The position numbers and the translations under genes are program-made. A DNA stretch of 64,000 bases from Alphaproteobacteria bacterium (GTDB lineage: Bacteria > Pseudomonadota > Alphaproteobacteria > Bin95): positions 1,120,001-1,184,000 of the forward strand of contig CAXXWS020000002.1 of assembly GCA_963665325.3 (NCBI GenBank), written 5' to 3'. The stretch's first letter is position 1. Every line of letters starts with the position of its first letter. The notes under the pieces were generated by a model. It had not been told where the DNA came from, did not search any database, and was given only the letters and a program-made list of their open reading frames with translations. This document shows positions 9,255-18,229 of the stretch, piece by piece.

Positions 9255-10061
9255 TCAGGCTGAGCCGTTCTCGACCAGCACCATGATGGCGCCATTATTG
9301 TGGGCCCGGCCGACAAAGGCCCGGCCGAGGCTGTCCCTCCCGACGGGGACGCCGCTGGCTTCCATGAGGCGGATGGCGCGATCGAGGTCGGCGAAGGCGA
9401 TGACCTGCCCGGCCATGCAGGGCAGCGACGGTGCGACCTCGCCGGGGAACAGGTCCGCGTACGCCCTGGCGGACAGCGCCGCATAGCCGGCGGGGTCCGC
9501 GCCGAAGGCATTGAGCCGGGCCGCCAGGTCGTCCGGCCGGTCCGAGACCCACAGGCATTGCCGGAGCGCGGTTGCGCCGTTGGGATGCTCCAGCAGTTCG
9601 GGCCGCCATAGCACCTCCGGCGTCTGGTGCTCGATGACGATGATCCGGCCTTCCGGCCAGCTTGCGTCCTTGGAGAAGATGTTGCGGAACCGCATCTCGC
9701 CCGCCGGCGTCGAGCGGGCGCGCTGCACCGGCGGATCGAAACCGAGCGCCGCCATGTCCGGCCATGCGCGATCCGCCGACGCGCAGCGGAAGGCCGCTAT
9801 ATGGATGCCTTCATACCGGGCCATGAACCGGGTCCAGGGGTTGAACCGCTCCGGAGCGCGAACGCCGATCAGCTCCAGATAGCCCCGATAGAACAGGGCG
9901 CAGCGGTTGGCGGTGGCCCAGGGCTGCATCCCGCTTGTCCCCGGCACGGCGCCCTGCTGCGGCGTTTCCGGGGAGAGCAGAAAGCCCAGCCGCTCCAGGG
10001 CGGCGGCGCCCGCATCCAGATCGGTGCGCATCTGGCCGGTATGGTCGAGAGGGTAGGTCAT
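9255..10061 (-). CDS. VOC/glyoxalase-like domain protein
   Basis: LDH..., LERLGF.L.P, TANRCALF..GYLELIG, IVIEHQTPE.LW. Confidence 0.75.
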   Translation of the reverse strand: MTYPLDHTGQMRTDLDAGAAALERLGFLLSPETPQQGAVPGTSGMQPWATANRCALFYRGYLELIGVRAPERFNPWTRFMARYEGIHIAAFRCASADRAWPDMAALGFDPPVQRARSTPAGEMRFRNIFSKDASWPEGRIIVIEHQTPEVLWRPELLEHPNGATALRQCLWVSDRPDDLAARLNAFGADPAGYAALSARAYADLFPGEVAPSLPCMAGQVIAFADLDRAIRLMEASGVPVGRDSLGRAFVGRAHNNGAIMVLVENGSA

Positions 10062-10068
10062 GGCTGGT

Positions 10069-12075
10069 TCAGGGAATCCGCACATCGGTCAGCGGCCGGC
10101 CCCAGTCCCCGGCGCGGGCAAGCACGCGCGGCAGGTCCTCCTCCAGCATGAACCCGTCTTCGATGAGCTTCCGTGCGGCCGCCTCGACGGCGCGCACATA
10201 GCCCGCCGCGTCTCCATAGCGCTCCAGCAGGGAAGGGCGGGGGTCGCCCGTCGCCGTGCGTTCCTCCGGCGTGTCCGGGAAGGGGATATAGCTGCCGGAG
10301 AACTCGTGCATCGCGCCGCCCGCAACGCCGCGCCGCCGGAGGTTCCAGCCGGCGAAGGTGCCGACGGGTGCCGCGATCATCGGCGCGCGCACGCCGGCAA
10401 TCTCGTTCCCATCCGCATCGACGGCCGGCACCAGCACGGGATAGCCCTCCTCCGCAATCACCTCCGGCGGCTCCTTGTCGAGGATTCCGTCCCCGGCGCG
10501 GGGGCCGAAATCGAGCGCCGGCATGAGGTTGGGCGATTGCGGCACGGCCCCGCCGGGGATCGCCGGGAACTGCCCGCGCCAGGTTTCGTATGGCACGAGC
10601 GTGCCATCGGCGGTGCGGGGATAGCGGCTCGGCGGGGGCGGCGGGCCGCCGTCTGCCCAGCGGTCGAGCGCATCGAGCATGGCGCGGAACAGCATCGAGG
10701 TCTGGGCCACATTCAGCCAGTTCTCGCAGACCGCCCGGCGCGGCGCCCGCTGGTTGGGGTCGGCGGAATGCTGCGTCCCGGTCCAGTGGTAGATGCGCAC
10801 GCCCTCCGGTTCGGCGAGGTCGTTCCCTTCGCAGTCCGTGTGGACCAGAGAGCCGCGCCGCTGCCAGTATTCGGTCGCGGTCTGCGTGTGGACGATGAGC
10901 GGGTCGGTCTCCGGGTGTTTCAGGATGGCGTCGGCGCGCCCGCTATGGGGGTCCGTGCAGGGGCTGTAGGCGAAGGGGAAGCGGTCGGCAGGCGCGTAGT
11001 GGTCCTCATGCTGCTGGCCGCCGGAGACCACGGCATTGGCGAAGCGCTGGTTCAGCCACTTGCCGCCGGCCCCCGAGACATGCGGCATCAGCCCGTCGAA
11101 GACCCGCCGGCCCTCGGCGTCCGCGTTGAAGCCCTGCCAGACGAAGTCGCGGATCGCCCGGCCCGTCTGCGAGCGGCCGTAGCCGTAAGCCCTGTCGATT
11201 CCGCCGAGCGGGTTGCCGACGCCCTCCTCGTAGCGGAGCCAGCTCACCAGGTCGCGCACGGCGACATGCCCGAGGCCCATCGCCAGCGGGTCGCGGCCCT
11301 CATAAACGATCTCGTAGATCCAGCCGGGCCGGAAGCCGCCCGGAAGGTGGATATGGCTGTCGGACGGCACCACGGATCGTTCGGGCCCGAGCCCGTCGAG
11401 ACCGCCGCCAGCCTCGATGCGCGCGAAGGACCATGCGTCCGGCGGCACCGGCCGGCGCGGCGCGTCCGCGTAGGGCCGCATGGTGAGGCGCGCCTCTGCC
11501 GTATCGAGGGAGACCGCCGGATGTGAACGCGTCGATCCGCGGCCGCTGAGCGGCAGGCAGGTCACGCCCGGTTCGTCGGCGATGAACTCGGTGCGCACGG
11601 GGCCGGTCACCGGCCCGTCCTCATGGCGTGCGACCGGCAGGTCGAGCAGCATCCGGCCCTCGCCCGGCAGCAGGTCGCCCTGCCAGGCGCCGAATACGAC
11701 CGTGTAGCCGCGCCGGAAGAGGAACCCGTTGCCGGCATGGGCCACGGTCTCCGGATCGTTGCTGTGCTCGGCGTCGCAGAAATATTGCAGCGCGCGCTTG
11801 TTGCCCCGGTTGCCCCAGTCAAAGAACAGCCGCCGGTTGCCGAGTGCGGGGTCCGCCGGCTGCAGGATGAAGACATCGGCGCTGAAGGCGACCAGCTCGT
11901 CGCCGTCCGTCGCCGCGAGCCGGATATCGGTCACGCCCGCCTGGGCCGGCGCCAGCGGATCGACCCGGTAATGCGCGCGGGCCGCGATGCGCTCATAAGC
12001 CCCGGTCCCCTCGAACCGCTCGCCGCCCGCAAAGGGCCGGCGGTCGCGGATCTCCAATTGCACGAGATTGGTCAT
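10069..12075 (-). CDS. Large alpha/beta-hydrolase-domain protein (uncharacterised family)
   Basis: 668 aa; NRGNK, G.SQTGR nucleophile elbow (YGRSQTGR), EYWQRRGSLVH, DADGNE..G, DPRPSL.ERY. Confidence 0.7.
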   Translation of the reverse strand: MTNLVQLEIRDRRPFAGGERFEGTGAYERIAARAHYRVDPLAPAQAGVTDIRLAATDGDELVAFSADVFILQPADPALGNRRLFFDWGNRGNKRALQYFCDAEHSNDPETVAHAGNGFLFRRGYTVVFGAWQGDLLPGEGRMLLDLPVARHEDGPVTGPVRTEFIADEPGVTCLPLSGRGSTRSHPAVSLDTAEARLTMRPYADAPRRPVPPDAWSFARIEAGGGLDGLGPERSVVPSDSHIHLPGGFRPGWIYEIVYEGRDPLAMGLGHVAVRDLVSWLRYEEGVGNPLGGIDRAYGYGRSQTGRAIRDFVWQGFNADAEGRRVFDGLMPHVSGAGGKWLNQRFANAVVSGGQQHEDHYAPADRFPFAYSPCTDPHSGRADAILKHPETDPLIVHTQTATEYWQRRGSLVHTDCEGNDLAEPEGVRIYHWTGTQHSADPNQRAPRRAVCENWLNVAQTSMLFRAMLDALDRWADGGPPPPPSRYPRTADGTLVPYETWRGQFPAIPGGAVPQSPNLMPALDFGPRAGDGILDKEPPEVIAEEGYPVLVPAVDADGNEIAGVRAPMIAAPVGTFAGWNLRRRGVAGGAMHEFSGSYIPFPDTPEERTATGDPRPSLLERYGDAAGYVRAVEAAARKLIEDGFMLEEDLPRVLARAGDWGRPLTDVRIP

Positions 12076-12137
12076 GCGTGCGCGTTCTCCAGAGCGGAAG
12101 CCGCTACAATAGCCGGCCAGCCGGGGAGGTCTAAGCC

Positions 12138-12890
12138 ATGTCTGTCGTGCTCACAGAACAGCGGGGTGCCGTGCGCCATATCGTGCTCAACCGCCCTGAG
12201 GCGCTGAACGCGATCGATGACGCACTGGTCCCGGCGCTGACGAGGGCGTTTCGGGACGCCAATGCCGATGCCGGCACGCGCGCCATCGTCTTTCGAGGGG
12301 CCGGGCGGGCCTTCTGCGCGGGCGCAGACCTCAAGGCGCGGAAGATCGCCGGAAGCGAGGCCGCAGCGCGGGCGCGGGCGCAGGCGATCCAGGACGTCAC
12401 GCGCGCCATCGTCTATGGCGATGTGCCGGTCGTCGGCGCGATCCATGGCTGGGCGGTGGGCGGCGGCTTCGAATGGGCGCTCAATTGCGACTTCCCGATC
12501 TGGGCCGAGAGCGCGCGGGGCTTCTTTCCGGAAGTGTCCTGGGGCCTGTTCGTCACCGGCGGCGTCTCGGCGATCCTGCCGAACCTGATCGGGCTCCAGA
12601 AAACGAAGGAGCTGCTGATGCTGGGCGAGCGCTACGGGGCGGCAGCGCTCCATGAACTCGGCATCGCATGGCGGGTTGCGCCGGACGATGCGCTGCTGGA
12701 CGAAGCCGAGGCCGTGGCCGAGCGGCTGGCGGCGCTGCCCGAGCGCGCCGTCCGCGACATGAAGCGCACGCTCAACCGCGCGGCCTATGGCGACGTGGCG
12801 GAGGCGATGGAGCGCGAGGTGGACGCGGTGGCGCGTTCCTACAACGACCCCGAGACCTTCGAACGAATCGCCGCCTTCAGCGACCGCTGA
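12138..12890 (+). CDS. Enoyl-CoA hydratase/isomerase family protein
   Basis: LNRPEALNAID, GRAFCAGADL, GWAVGGGFE, FPE. Confidence 0.9.
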   Translation: MSVVLTEQRGAVRHIVLNRPEALNAIDDALVPALTRAFRDANADAGTRAIVFRGAGRAFCAGADLKARKIAGSEAAARARAQAIQDVTRAIVYGDVPVVGAIHGWAVGGGFEWALNCDFPIWAESARGFFPEVSWGLFVTGGVSAILPNLIGLQKTKELLMLGERYGAAALHELGIAWRVAPDDALLDEAEAVAERLAALPERAVRDMKRTLNRAAYGDVAEAMEREVDAVARSYNDPETFERIAAFSDR

Positions 12891-13314
12891 AAGCGCTGTC
12901 GGGGTCCGTCAGCGCCTGGAGGCGCAGGCCCGCCGTGCGCGCAAACCGCGTGATGAGCGACTTGCGCCGCGCCGGGTTGACCTTGCCTTCCTCCGGCTCG
13001 CGCAGCATCTCCGCGCCGAACCCGTCCGCGACCAGCAGGCCGCAGCTCTCCGGGATCAGGTGCCTGGGAAAACCTTCCGGGACGGCGAAATAGAACGCGT
13101 CGCAGAAGTCCAGATAGTCCCGCCACTTCGTGTCCGCGCGGAAATCGGCTTCGGAGGACTTCACTTCGACAACGGTAATGCGGCCGTCTTCGGCCAGTGC
13201 GATGACATCGACGCGGCGGCGGTTGCGCAGGGTGAACTCGGTCAGCGTGCCTAAGCCGGCCTGCTGCAGGAACCGGCACACGCCGCGCGCCAGAAGGACA
13301 CCATTGTTCTTCAT
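12877..13314 (-). CDS. mmcB: MmcB family DNA repair protein (PD-(D/E)xK nuclease)
   Basis: EFTL.N.RRVDV, VEVKSSEADFRADTKWRDYLDFCDAFYFAVP; LexA box at the start. Confidence 0.9.
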   Translation of the reverse strand: MKNNGVLLARGVCRFLQQAGLGTLTEFTLRNRRRVDVIALAEDGRITVVEVKSSEADFRADTKWRDYLDFCDAFYFAVPEGFPRHLIPESCGLLVADGFGAEMLREPEEGKVNPARRKSLITRFARTAGLRLQALTDPDSAFSGR

Positions 13315-13320
13315 ATGTTC
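13306..13320 (-). promoter_or_regulatory. Alphaproteobacterial LexA (SOS) box over the mmcB start
   Basis: GTTC-ttcatat-GTTC is an exact GTTC-N7-GTTC direct repeat; TATTAT -10-like hexamer at 13321-13326 on the minus strand. Confidence 0.85.
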
Positions 13321-14362
13321 ATAATAGCCGTTCCTTGCCGGCGAGCGCAAGGCGGACGACCTTCTTCATGGCCGTGGGCAGGGCGTAGTCGTTCAGAGCG
13401 TCGATGGGCGCCCAGACGCAACCCTCGGGGGCAGCGCCGCCGCTGCTGCCGGTCCGCACGTCCAGTTCGAGGATGAAATGGGTGAAGCCGTGCCGGGCGA
13501 CGGCGCCGAGGGGCGCCCATGCGCCTTCGACAGGCGGGCCCTCGGGCGGCGGGCCGTCCTCCACCCAGGGACCGGACGGCACTTCCATCATGCCGCCCAG
13601 CAGACCGGTTTCGGGCCGGCGGCGCAGCAGCACCCGCCCCGCGCCGTCCTCGGTCCAGTAGGCGATGCCGCGCCGTACCGGCCGCCGCTGCCTGGGGGCC
13701 TTGACCGGCAGACTCTCCGCTACCCCCGCCGCTCTGCCCCGGCAGGCCTCCGACCAGGGGCAGGCGCCGCAGCGCGGGCGGCGCGGCAGACATACCGTCG
13801 CACCGAGGTCCATGACCGCCTGCGCGTAGTCGCCGGGGCGCCTCTGCGGCGTGAGGCCGGCTGCGGCGTTCCGGATCGCCTTCCTTGCGGCCGGCAGCGG
13901 CGTTTCGATGCGGAACAGCCGGGCCATCACCCGCTCGACATTGCCGTCCACGACCGTGGCCTCGCGGTCGAAGGCGATGGCGGCAATGGCGGCCGCGGTG
14001 TACTCGCCGACGCCGGGCAGGGCGCGAAGGCCGGCCTCGGTATCCGGGAAGCGCGCGCCTGGTTGCGACGCGACGACGCGGGCGGCCGCGTGCAGGTTGC
14101 GTGCACGGGCGTAATAGCCGAGCCCCTGCCAGGCCTGCAGCACCTCGTCCAGCGAGGCGGCGGCCAGCGCCTCGACATCCGGCCAGCGTTCGAGAAACCG
14201 GTGGAAATAGGGCGCGACGGCCGCGGCCACGGTCTGCTGCAACATGATCTCGCTGAGCCACACCCGGTAAGGCTCGGCGTGCTCTCCCGGCAGCGCGCGC
14301 CAGGGAAGCTCGCGACGATGCCCGTCGTACCATGCAAGCAGTGCCTTCGCCTTCGCTTCCAT
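13319..14362 (-). CDS. mutY: A/G-specific adenine DNA glycosylase
   Basis: VWLSEIMLQQT, WQGLGYYARARNLH, HhH LPGVGEYTA, VVDGNVERV, FeS motif C.PRRPRCGACP...C. Confidence 0.96.
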   Translation of the reverse strand: MEAKAKALLAWYDGHRRELPWRALPGEHAEPYRVWLSEIMLQQTVAAAVAPYFHRFLERWPDVEALAAASLDEVLQAWQGLGYYARARNLHAAARVVASQPGARFPDTEAGLRALPGVGEYTAAAIAAIAFDREATVVDGNVERVMARLFRIETPLPAARKAIRNAAAGLTPQRRPGDYAQAVMDLGATVCLPRRPRCGACPWSEACRGRAAGVAESLPVKAPRQRRPVRRGIAYWTEDGAGRVLLRRRPETGLLGGMMEVPSGPWVEDGPPPEGPPVEGAWAPLGAVARHGFTHFILELDVRTGSSGGAAPEGCVWAPIDALNDYALPTAMKKVVRLALAGKERLL

Positions 14363-14464
14363 CGCCTCCCCTTCGTCCGGTCAGCCGTTCGGTGCCATCA
14401 TACCGCCCGCGCGGCGGCGGGTTTCCGTCATTGATGAATTTCCGGTTTCGGGCATGCTGGGCGA

Positions 14465-14950
14465 ATGACTCGAAGGACCCGAAGCGGGCGCAGGCTGGGC
14501 CGGCTCGTCGCCGTGGGGGCGGCGGTGGAACGGGGGCTGGCGCCGACGGCGCGAAGACATGGATTTTCCGAGACCCGGCTTCTGCTGCGCTGGGAGGGCG
14601 TCGTCGGGGCCGAAATCGCGACATGGACGCAGCCCCTGCGGCTTTTCCGCGGCGTGCTGCATCTCCGGGTCGCGTCCGCCTGGGCGCCCTATGTCCAGCA
14701 CCACGCGCCGGTTATCCGGGACCGCGTCAACCTTTTCCTGGGGCGCAAGGCGGTTTCTCGCATCGCCTTGAAGCAGGGCCGTGTCGTGCCGACGCCCGTC
14801 GCGCGAACTCCGACGGAGCTCGCGCCCGAGCCGGTCGCGGTTTCCGGCATTTCCGACCCCGATCTTCGTGCGACGCTCGCCCGGCTGGGCGGAGCAATCC
14901 GTGCAGTTGAGACGCGGAACGACTCTTCTGCCACGGTCCCCGAGCGATAG
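14465..14950 (+). CDS. DUF721/DciA family protein
   Basis: W..VVG.EIA..T.P, L.LRV, RVNLFLGRKAVSRI.L.QG; usual position divergent from mutY. Confidence 0.8.
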   Translation: MTRRTRSGRRLGRLVAVGAAVERGLAPTARRHGFSETRLLLRWEGVVGAEIATWTQPLRLFRGVLHLRVASAWAPYVQHHAPVIRDRVNLFLGRKAVSRIALKQGRVVPTPVARTPTELAPEPVAVSGISDPDLRATLARLGGAIRAVETRNDSSATVPER

Positions 14951-15039
14951 TTTTCAGGCATATGAAATTTCGGTTGCCATGCCTTGTTTGCGCCGTAATT
15001 TTGATATAGAATACCATATCTTGTGGCGAGGTTCTGTCG

Positions 15040-15705
15040 ATGCGGAACATATGGACCGTTGTTGTGGCCATGGCAGTTGCAGTCGTCGTCAGCGCTGCCT
15101 ACCATTCCTTTTTCGGTATGCCGTCGGGCTCGCAACTGTCCGTCAGCCCGACGGCCCATGCGGCAGATCCCGTCTCGAATCCTGAAATCAGGCCGGAAGA
15201 CCGTGTGCTGGGCGACGAAAGCGCAAGGGTCACGATACTCGAATATTCGTCACTGACTTGTCCGCATTGTGCGCAGTTCCATGCCGAGGGCTACCGGCAT
15301 CTGAAGAGCGCCTATATCGACACCGGAAAGATCAAACTTGTCTTCAGGGACTTTCCCCTAGACGGACTGGCGCTCCGGGCAGCGGCGCTCGCCGAATGCC
15401 TGCCGGCGGAACGCTATTACCCGTTTCTTCAATTGCTCTTCGAAGGCCAGAGCGGCTGGACGCGTTCCGAGCAGCCGGTGGCGGAGCTTGTGCGCCTCGG
15501 CCAACTTGCGGGCCTCAGCCGGGAACGGGCATCCGACTGCCTTCAGGACGAAGCGGCGTTCGAAAAGATAATTCAGGAACGTCTAACCGGTCAGGAGGAT
15601 TACCAGATCGATTCGACGCCAAGTTTCATCATCGACGGACGCAAACATCCGGGCGCGCTCACGGCGGACGAACTCGACGAGATTCTGGCGCCCCTGCTGG
15701 GCTGA
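15040..15705 (+). CDS. DsbA family thiol-disulfide oxidoreductase
   Basis: EYSSLTCPHCAQFH, RDFPLD, STPSFII; N-terminal signal/anchor. Confidence 0.9.
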   Translation: MRNIWTVVVAMAVAVVVSAAYHSFFGMPSGSQLSVSPTAHAADPVSNPEIRPEDRVLGDESARVTILEYSSLTCPHCAQFHAEGYRHLKSAYIDTGKIKLVFRDFPLDGLALRAAALAECLPAERYYPFLQLLFEGQSGWTRSEQPVAELVRLGQLAGLSRERASDCLQDEAAFEKIIQERLTGQEDYQIDSTPSFIIDGRKHPGALTADELDEILAPLLG

Positions 15706-15724
15706 CTTCCTCATTCGCCGGCCG

Positions 15725-16678
15725 TTATCCGGCAGCCCATATTGCGACCAGAAGGCAAGCGTGCAAGGCGCATGCCGCGATGAACAGGCGCAAGGCGCGG
15801 TGGATGTCCTGCGGCGTCGCACGGCTGCGGCCCCGCCCCATCCAGGCATCCCGGACCGTTCTTCCGCTGTAGCGGCGGGGGCCGGCAAGCGCGAGGCCAA
15901 GCGCGCCCGCCATCGCCGCCTCCGGCCAGCCGGCATTCGGCGAGCGGTGCCGGTGCGCATCGTTGAGCACTGCGCGCCATGCGCCGAGCGGGCTCGCCCG
16001 GCGGAAGCAGAACGCTGAGCCCATGATCAGCAGCGCCGAGAGGCGGGCCGGCAGGAAACAGGCGACATCGTCGGCGCGCGCCGACCAGAAACCGAATGCC
16101 TCATGGCGTTGTGTGCGGTGGCCTATCATGCTGTCGAGCGTGTTGATCGCCTTGAAGGCGCAGAGCCCCGGCAGGCCGAGAAGCAGGAACCAGAAAGCGG
16201 GCGCGACCACGCCGTCGGAGAAGTTCTCCGCCAGCGACTCGATCCCGGCGCGGGCGACGCCGTGAGCATCCAGGGACGCAGGATCCCGCCCGGCGATGTG
16301 CGACACGGCCTCCCGACCTTGCTCCAGGCCTGCGTCGAGGCCCGCGGCGACCGCAGCGACATGGTCGAAAAGCCCGCGTTGCGCGATGAGCAGGAACGCC
16401 AGCAGCAGGGTCGGCAGCCATCCGAGCAGGCCCAGCGCCCAGCCCGCCGCTGCGGATGTCGCCGTCACCGCCAGCAAGGTGAAGGCGCCGCGCAGCCGAC
16501 GGTCGGCGGCCGGACGCTCGAGGCGGTTGAGGCGGGAATCCAGACGGTCGATCATGCGCCCGAGCAGCGCAACCGGGTGCGGCACGCGGCGGAACAACGC
16601 CGGCATGTCGCCCAGCGCGGCGTCGAGCAGCAGGACGCCGAGCAGGATCGGGACGATGCTTGCCGATCCGTCTATCAT
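15725..16678 (-). CDS. cbiB: Adenosylcobinamide-phosphate synthase CbiB (CobD)
   Basis: HPV..LG, GRD...L, ESLAENFSDGVVAP, NTLDSMIGH, HRSPNAGWPEAAMAGAL. Confidence 0.93.
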   Translation of the reverse strand: MIDGSASIVPILLGVLLLDAALGDMPALFRRVPHPVALLGRMIDRLDSRLNRLERPAADRRLRGAFTLLAVTATSAAAGWALGLLGWLPTLLLAFLLIAQRGLFDHVAAVAAGLDAGLEQGREAVSHIAGRDPASLDAHGVARAGIESLAENFSDGVVAPAFWFLLLGLPGLCAFKAINTLDSMIGHRTQRHEAFGFWSARADDVACFLPARLSALLIMGSAFCFRRASPLGAWRAVLNDAHRHRSPNAGWPEAAMAGALGLALAGPRRYSGRTVRDAWMGRGRSRATPQDIHRALRLFIAACALHACLLVAIWAAG

Positions 16679-16709
16679 GGCGGCGATTCTACTCGAATTG
16701 AGAGGCGCG

Positions 16710-17618
16710 ATGCCCAAGACCGGAGTCATGGTTTGCGGCCACGGCAGCCGCGATGCAGATGCCGTGCGCGAGTTCCTGGCCCTTTCCGAGGGGTTGCGTC
16801 CCCGCTTGCCGGATTACGACCTCGAAATCGGCTTCCTGGAATTTGCGCGCCCGGTCATCCGCGAGGGGCTGGAGGCGCTGGCCGGCCGCGGCAACCGGCG
16901 TATTCTTGCGGTCCCCGGCATGCTGTTCGCCGCCGGGCATGTGAAGAACGACGTGCCCTCGGAAATCAACGAGTTCGCGCATGCGCACCCCGATATCGAG
17001 ATCAGGCTCGGACGCGATCTCGCCATCGACGCGAAGCTGCTGCAGGCGGCGCGCGAACGGATCGAGAGCGTGCTGGACGACGAAACGCCCCGTGAAGAAA
17101 CGCTGCTGATGGTGGTGGGGCGGGGCACCAACGACTCTGACGCCAACTCCAATGTCAGCAAGGTCGCGCGGATGCTTTGGGAGGGCATGGGCTTCGGTTG
17201 GGCCGAGACCTGCTATTCGGGCGTCGCGCACCCCCGGGTCGATGCGGGTCTGGAGCGCGTCGCCCGGCTCGGTTTCCGGCGGATCGTCGTCTTTCCCTAT
17301 TTCCTGTTCACCGGCATTCTGGTGCGCCGCATCTACGACCGGACGGATGAGGTTGCGGCGGCCCATCCGGATATATCCTTCATCAAGGCGCCCTATCTGA
17401 ACGACCACCCGCTGGTCCTGGACAGCTTTGCCGAGCGTGTCCGGGGTACGCTGACGGGCGACAACCTGATGAATTGCGCGCTTTGCAAATACCGGGAGCA
17501 GATCGTCGGGCGGGAGGACGAGGTCGGCACCCCGCAGGCGGGCCATCACCATCATGTGCGGGGCGGCGGCCATTCGCATTCCCACGAGCACGGGCATAGC
17601 CATTCCCGCGGCCGCTAA
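16710..17618 (+). CDS. cbiX: Sirohydrochlorin cobaltochelatase CbiX (long form with His-rich tail)
   Basis: CGHGSRD, GFLEFARP, LFAAGHVKNDVP, PYFLFTGIL, MNCALC, HHHH..HSHSHEH tail. Confidence 0.92.
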   Translation: MPKTGVMVCGHGSRDADAVREFLALSEGLRPRLPDYDLEIGFLEFARPVIREGLEALAGRGNRRILAVPGMLFAAGHVKNDVPSEINEFAHAHPDIEIRLGRDLAIDAKLLQAARERIESVLDDETPREETLLMVVGRGTNDSDANSNVSKVARMLWEGMGFGWAETCYSGVAHPRVDAGLERVARLGFRRIVVFPYFLFTGILVRRIYDRTDEVAAAHPDISFIKAPYLNDHPLVLDSFAERVRGTLTGDNLMNCALCKYREQIVGREDEVGTPQAGHHHHVRGGGHSHSHEHGHSHSRGR

Positions 17619-18229
17619 TGCACACATATCTGCGCGATCCGGCGGCGATTTACAGGCTTTCCTTTCGCATGGCGCGCGAGGAAACCGACCTTTCGGGGCT
17701 GCCGCCGCGCACCGTCGGGCTTGCCTTGCGGCTCGTCCATGCCTCCGGCCGGCCGGAGATCGTGCGGGACCTTGTCTTCAGCGCGGGAGTTGTCGAGCGG
17801 GCGGAAACCGGCCTTGCGGCCGGGGCGCAGATCATCGCGGATACGCGCATGACAGCCGACGGCATAATCGGGCGGGACGCCGTCTGCGCCATAGACGACC
17901 TTTCGGTCGCGGAGGCGGCGCGCGCCGGCCGCAAGACGCGGGCCATGGCTGCGATGGACGCGCTGGCGGATCGTTTCGAGGGTGCCGTCGTGGCGGTCGG
18001 CAACGCCCCGACGGCGCTCTTCAGGCTGCTTGAACTCGTCGCCGGAGGCGCACCGCGGCCGCTGGCCGTTCTGGGGTTTCCGGTGGGCTTCGTCGGCGCG
18101 GCCGAGTCGAAGGTGGCGCTCGTCGAAAGCGGCCTGCCGCATATCGCGCTGCGGGGCCGATTCGGCGGAAGCGCGCTCGCGGCGGCGGCCGTCAATGCGC
18201 TACTCCATCCGTCGGAGAGCGCGCCGTGA
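17618..18229 (+). CDS. cobH: Precorrin-8X methylmutase CobH/CbiC
   Basis: VGNAPTALFRL, GFPVGFVGAAESK, GRFGGSALAAAAVNAL. Confidence 0.95.
   Translation: MHTYLRDPAAIYRLSFRMAREETDLSGLPPRTVGLALRLVHASGRPEIVRDLVFSAGVVERAETGLAAGAQIIADTRMTADGIIGRDAVCAIDDLSVAEAARAGRKTRAMAAMDALADRFEGAVVAVGNAPTALFRLLELVAGGAPRPLAVLGFPVGFVGAAESKVALVESGLPHIALRGRFGGSALAAAAVNALLHPSESAP

Noticed and set aside
8671-9511. ORFs 8671-9051, 8851-9186, 8853-9239 and 8861-9511
   Set aside because: Arg/Pro/Ala-rich low-complexity translations without motifs, typical of spurious ORFs in high-GC DNA
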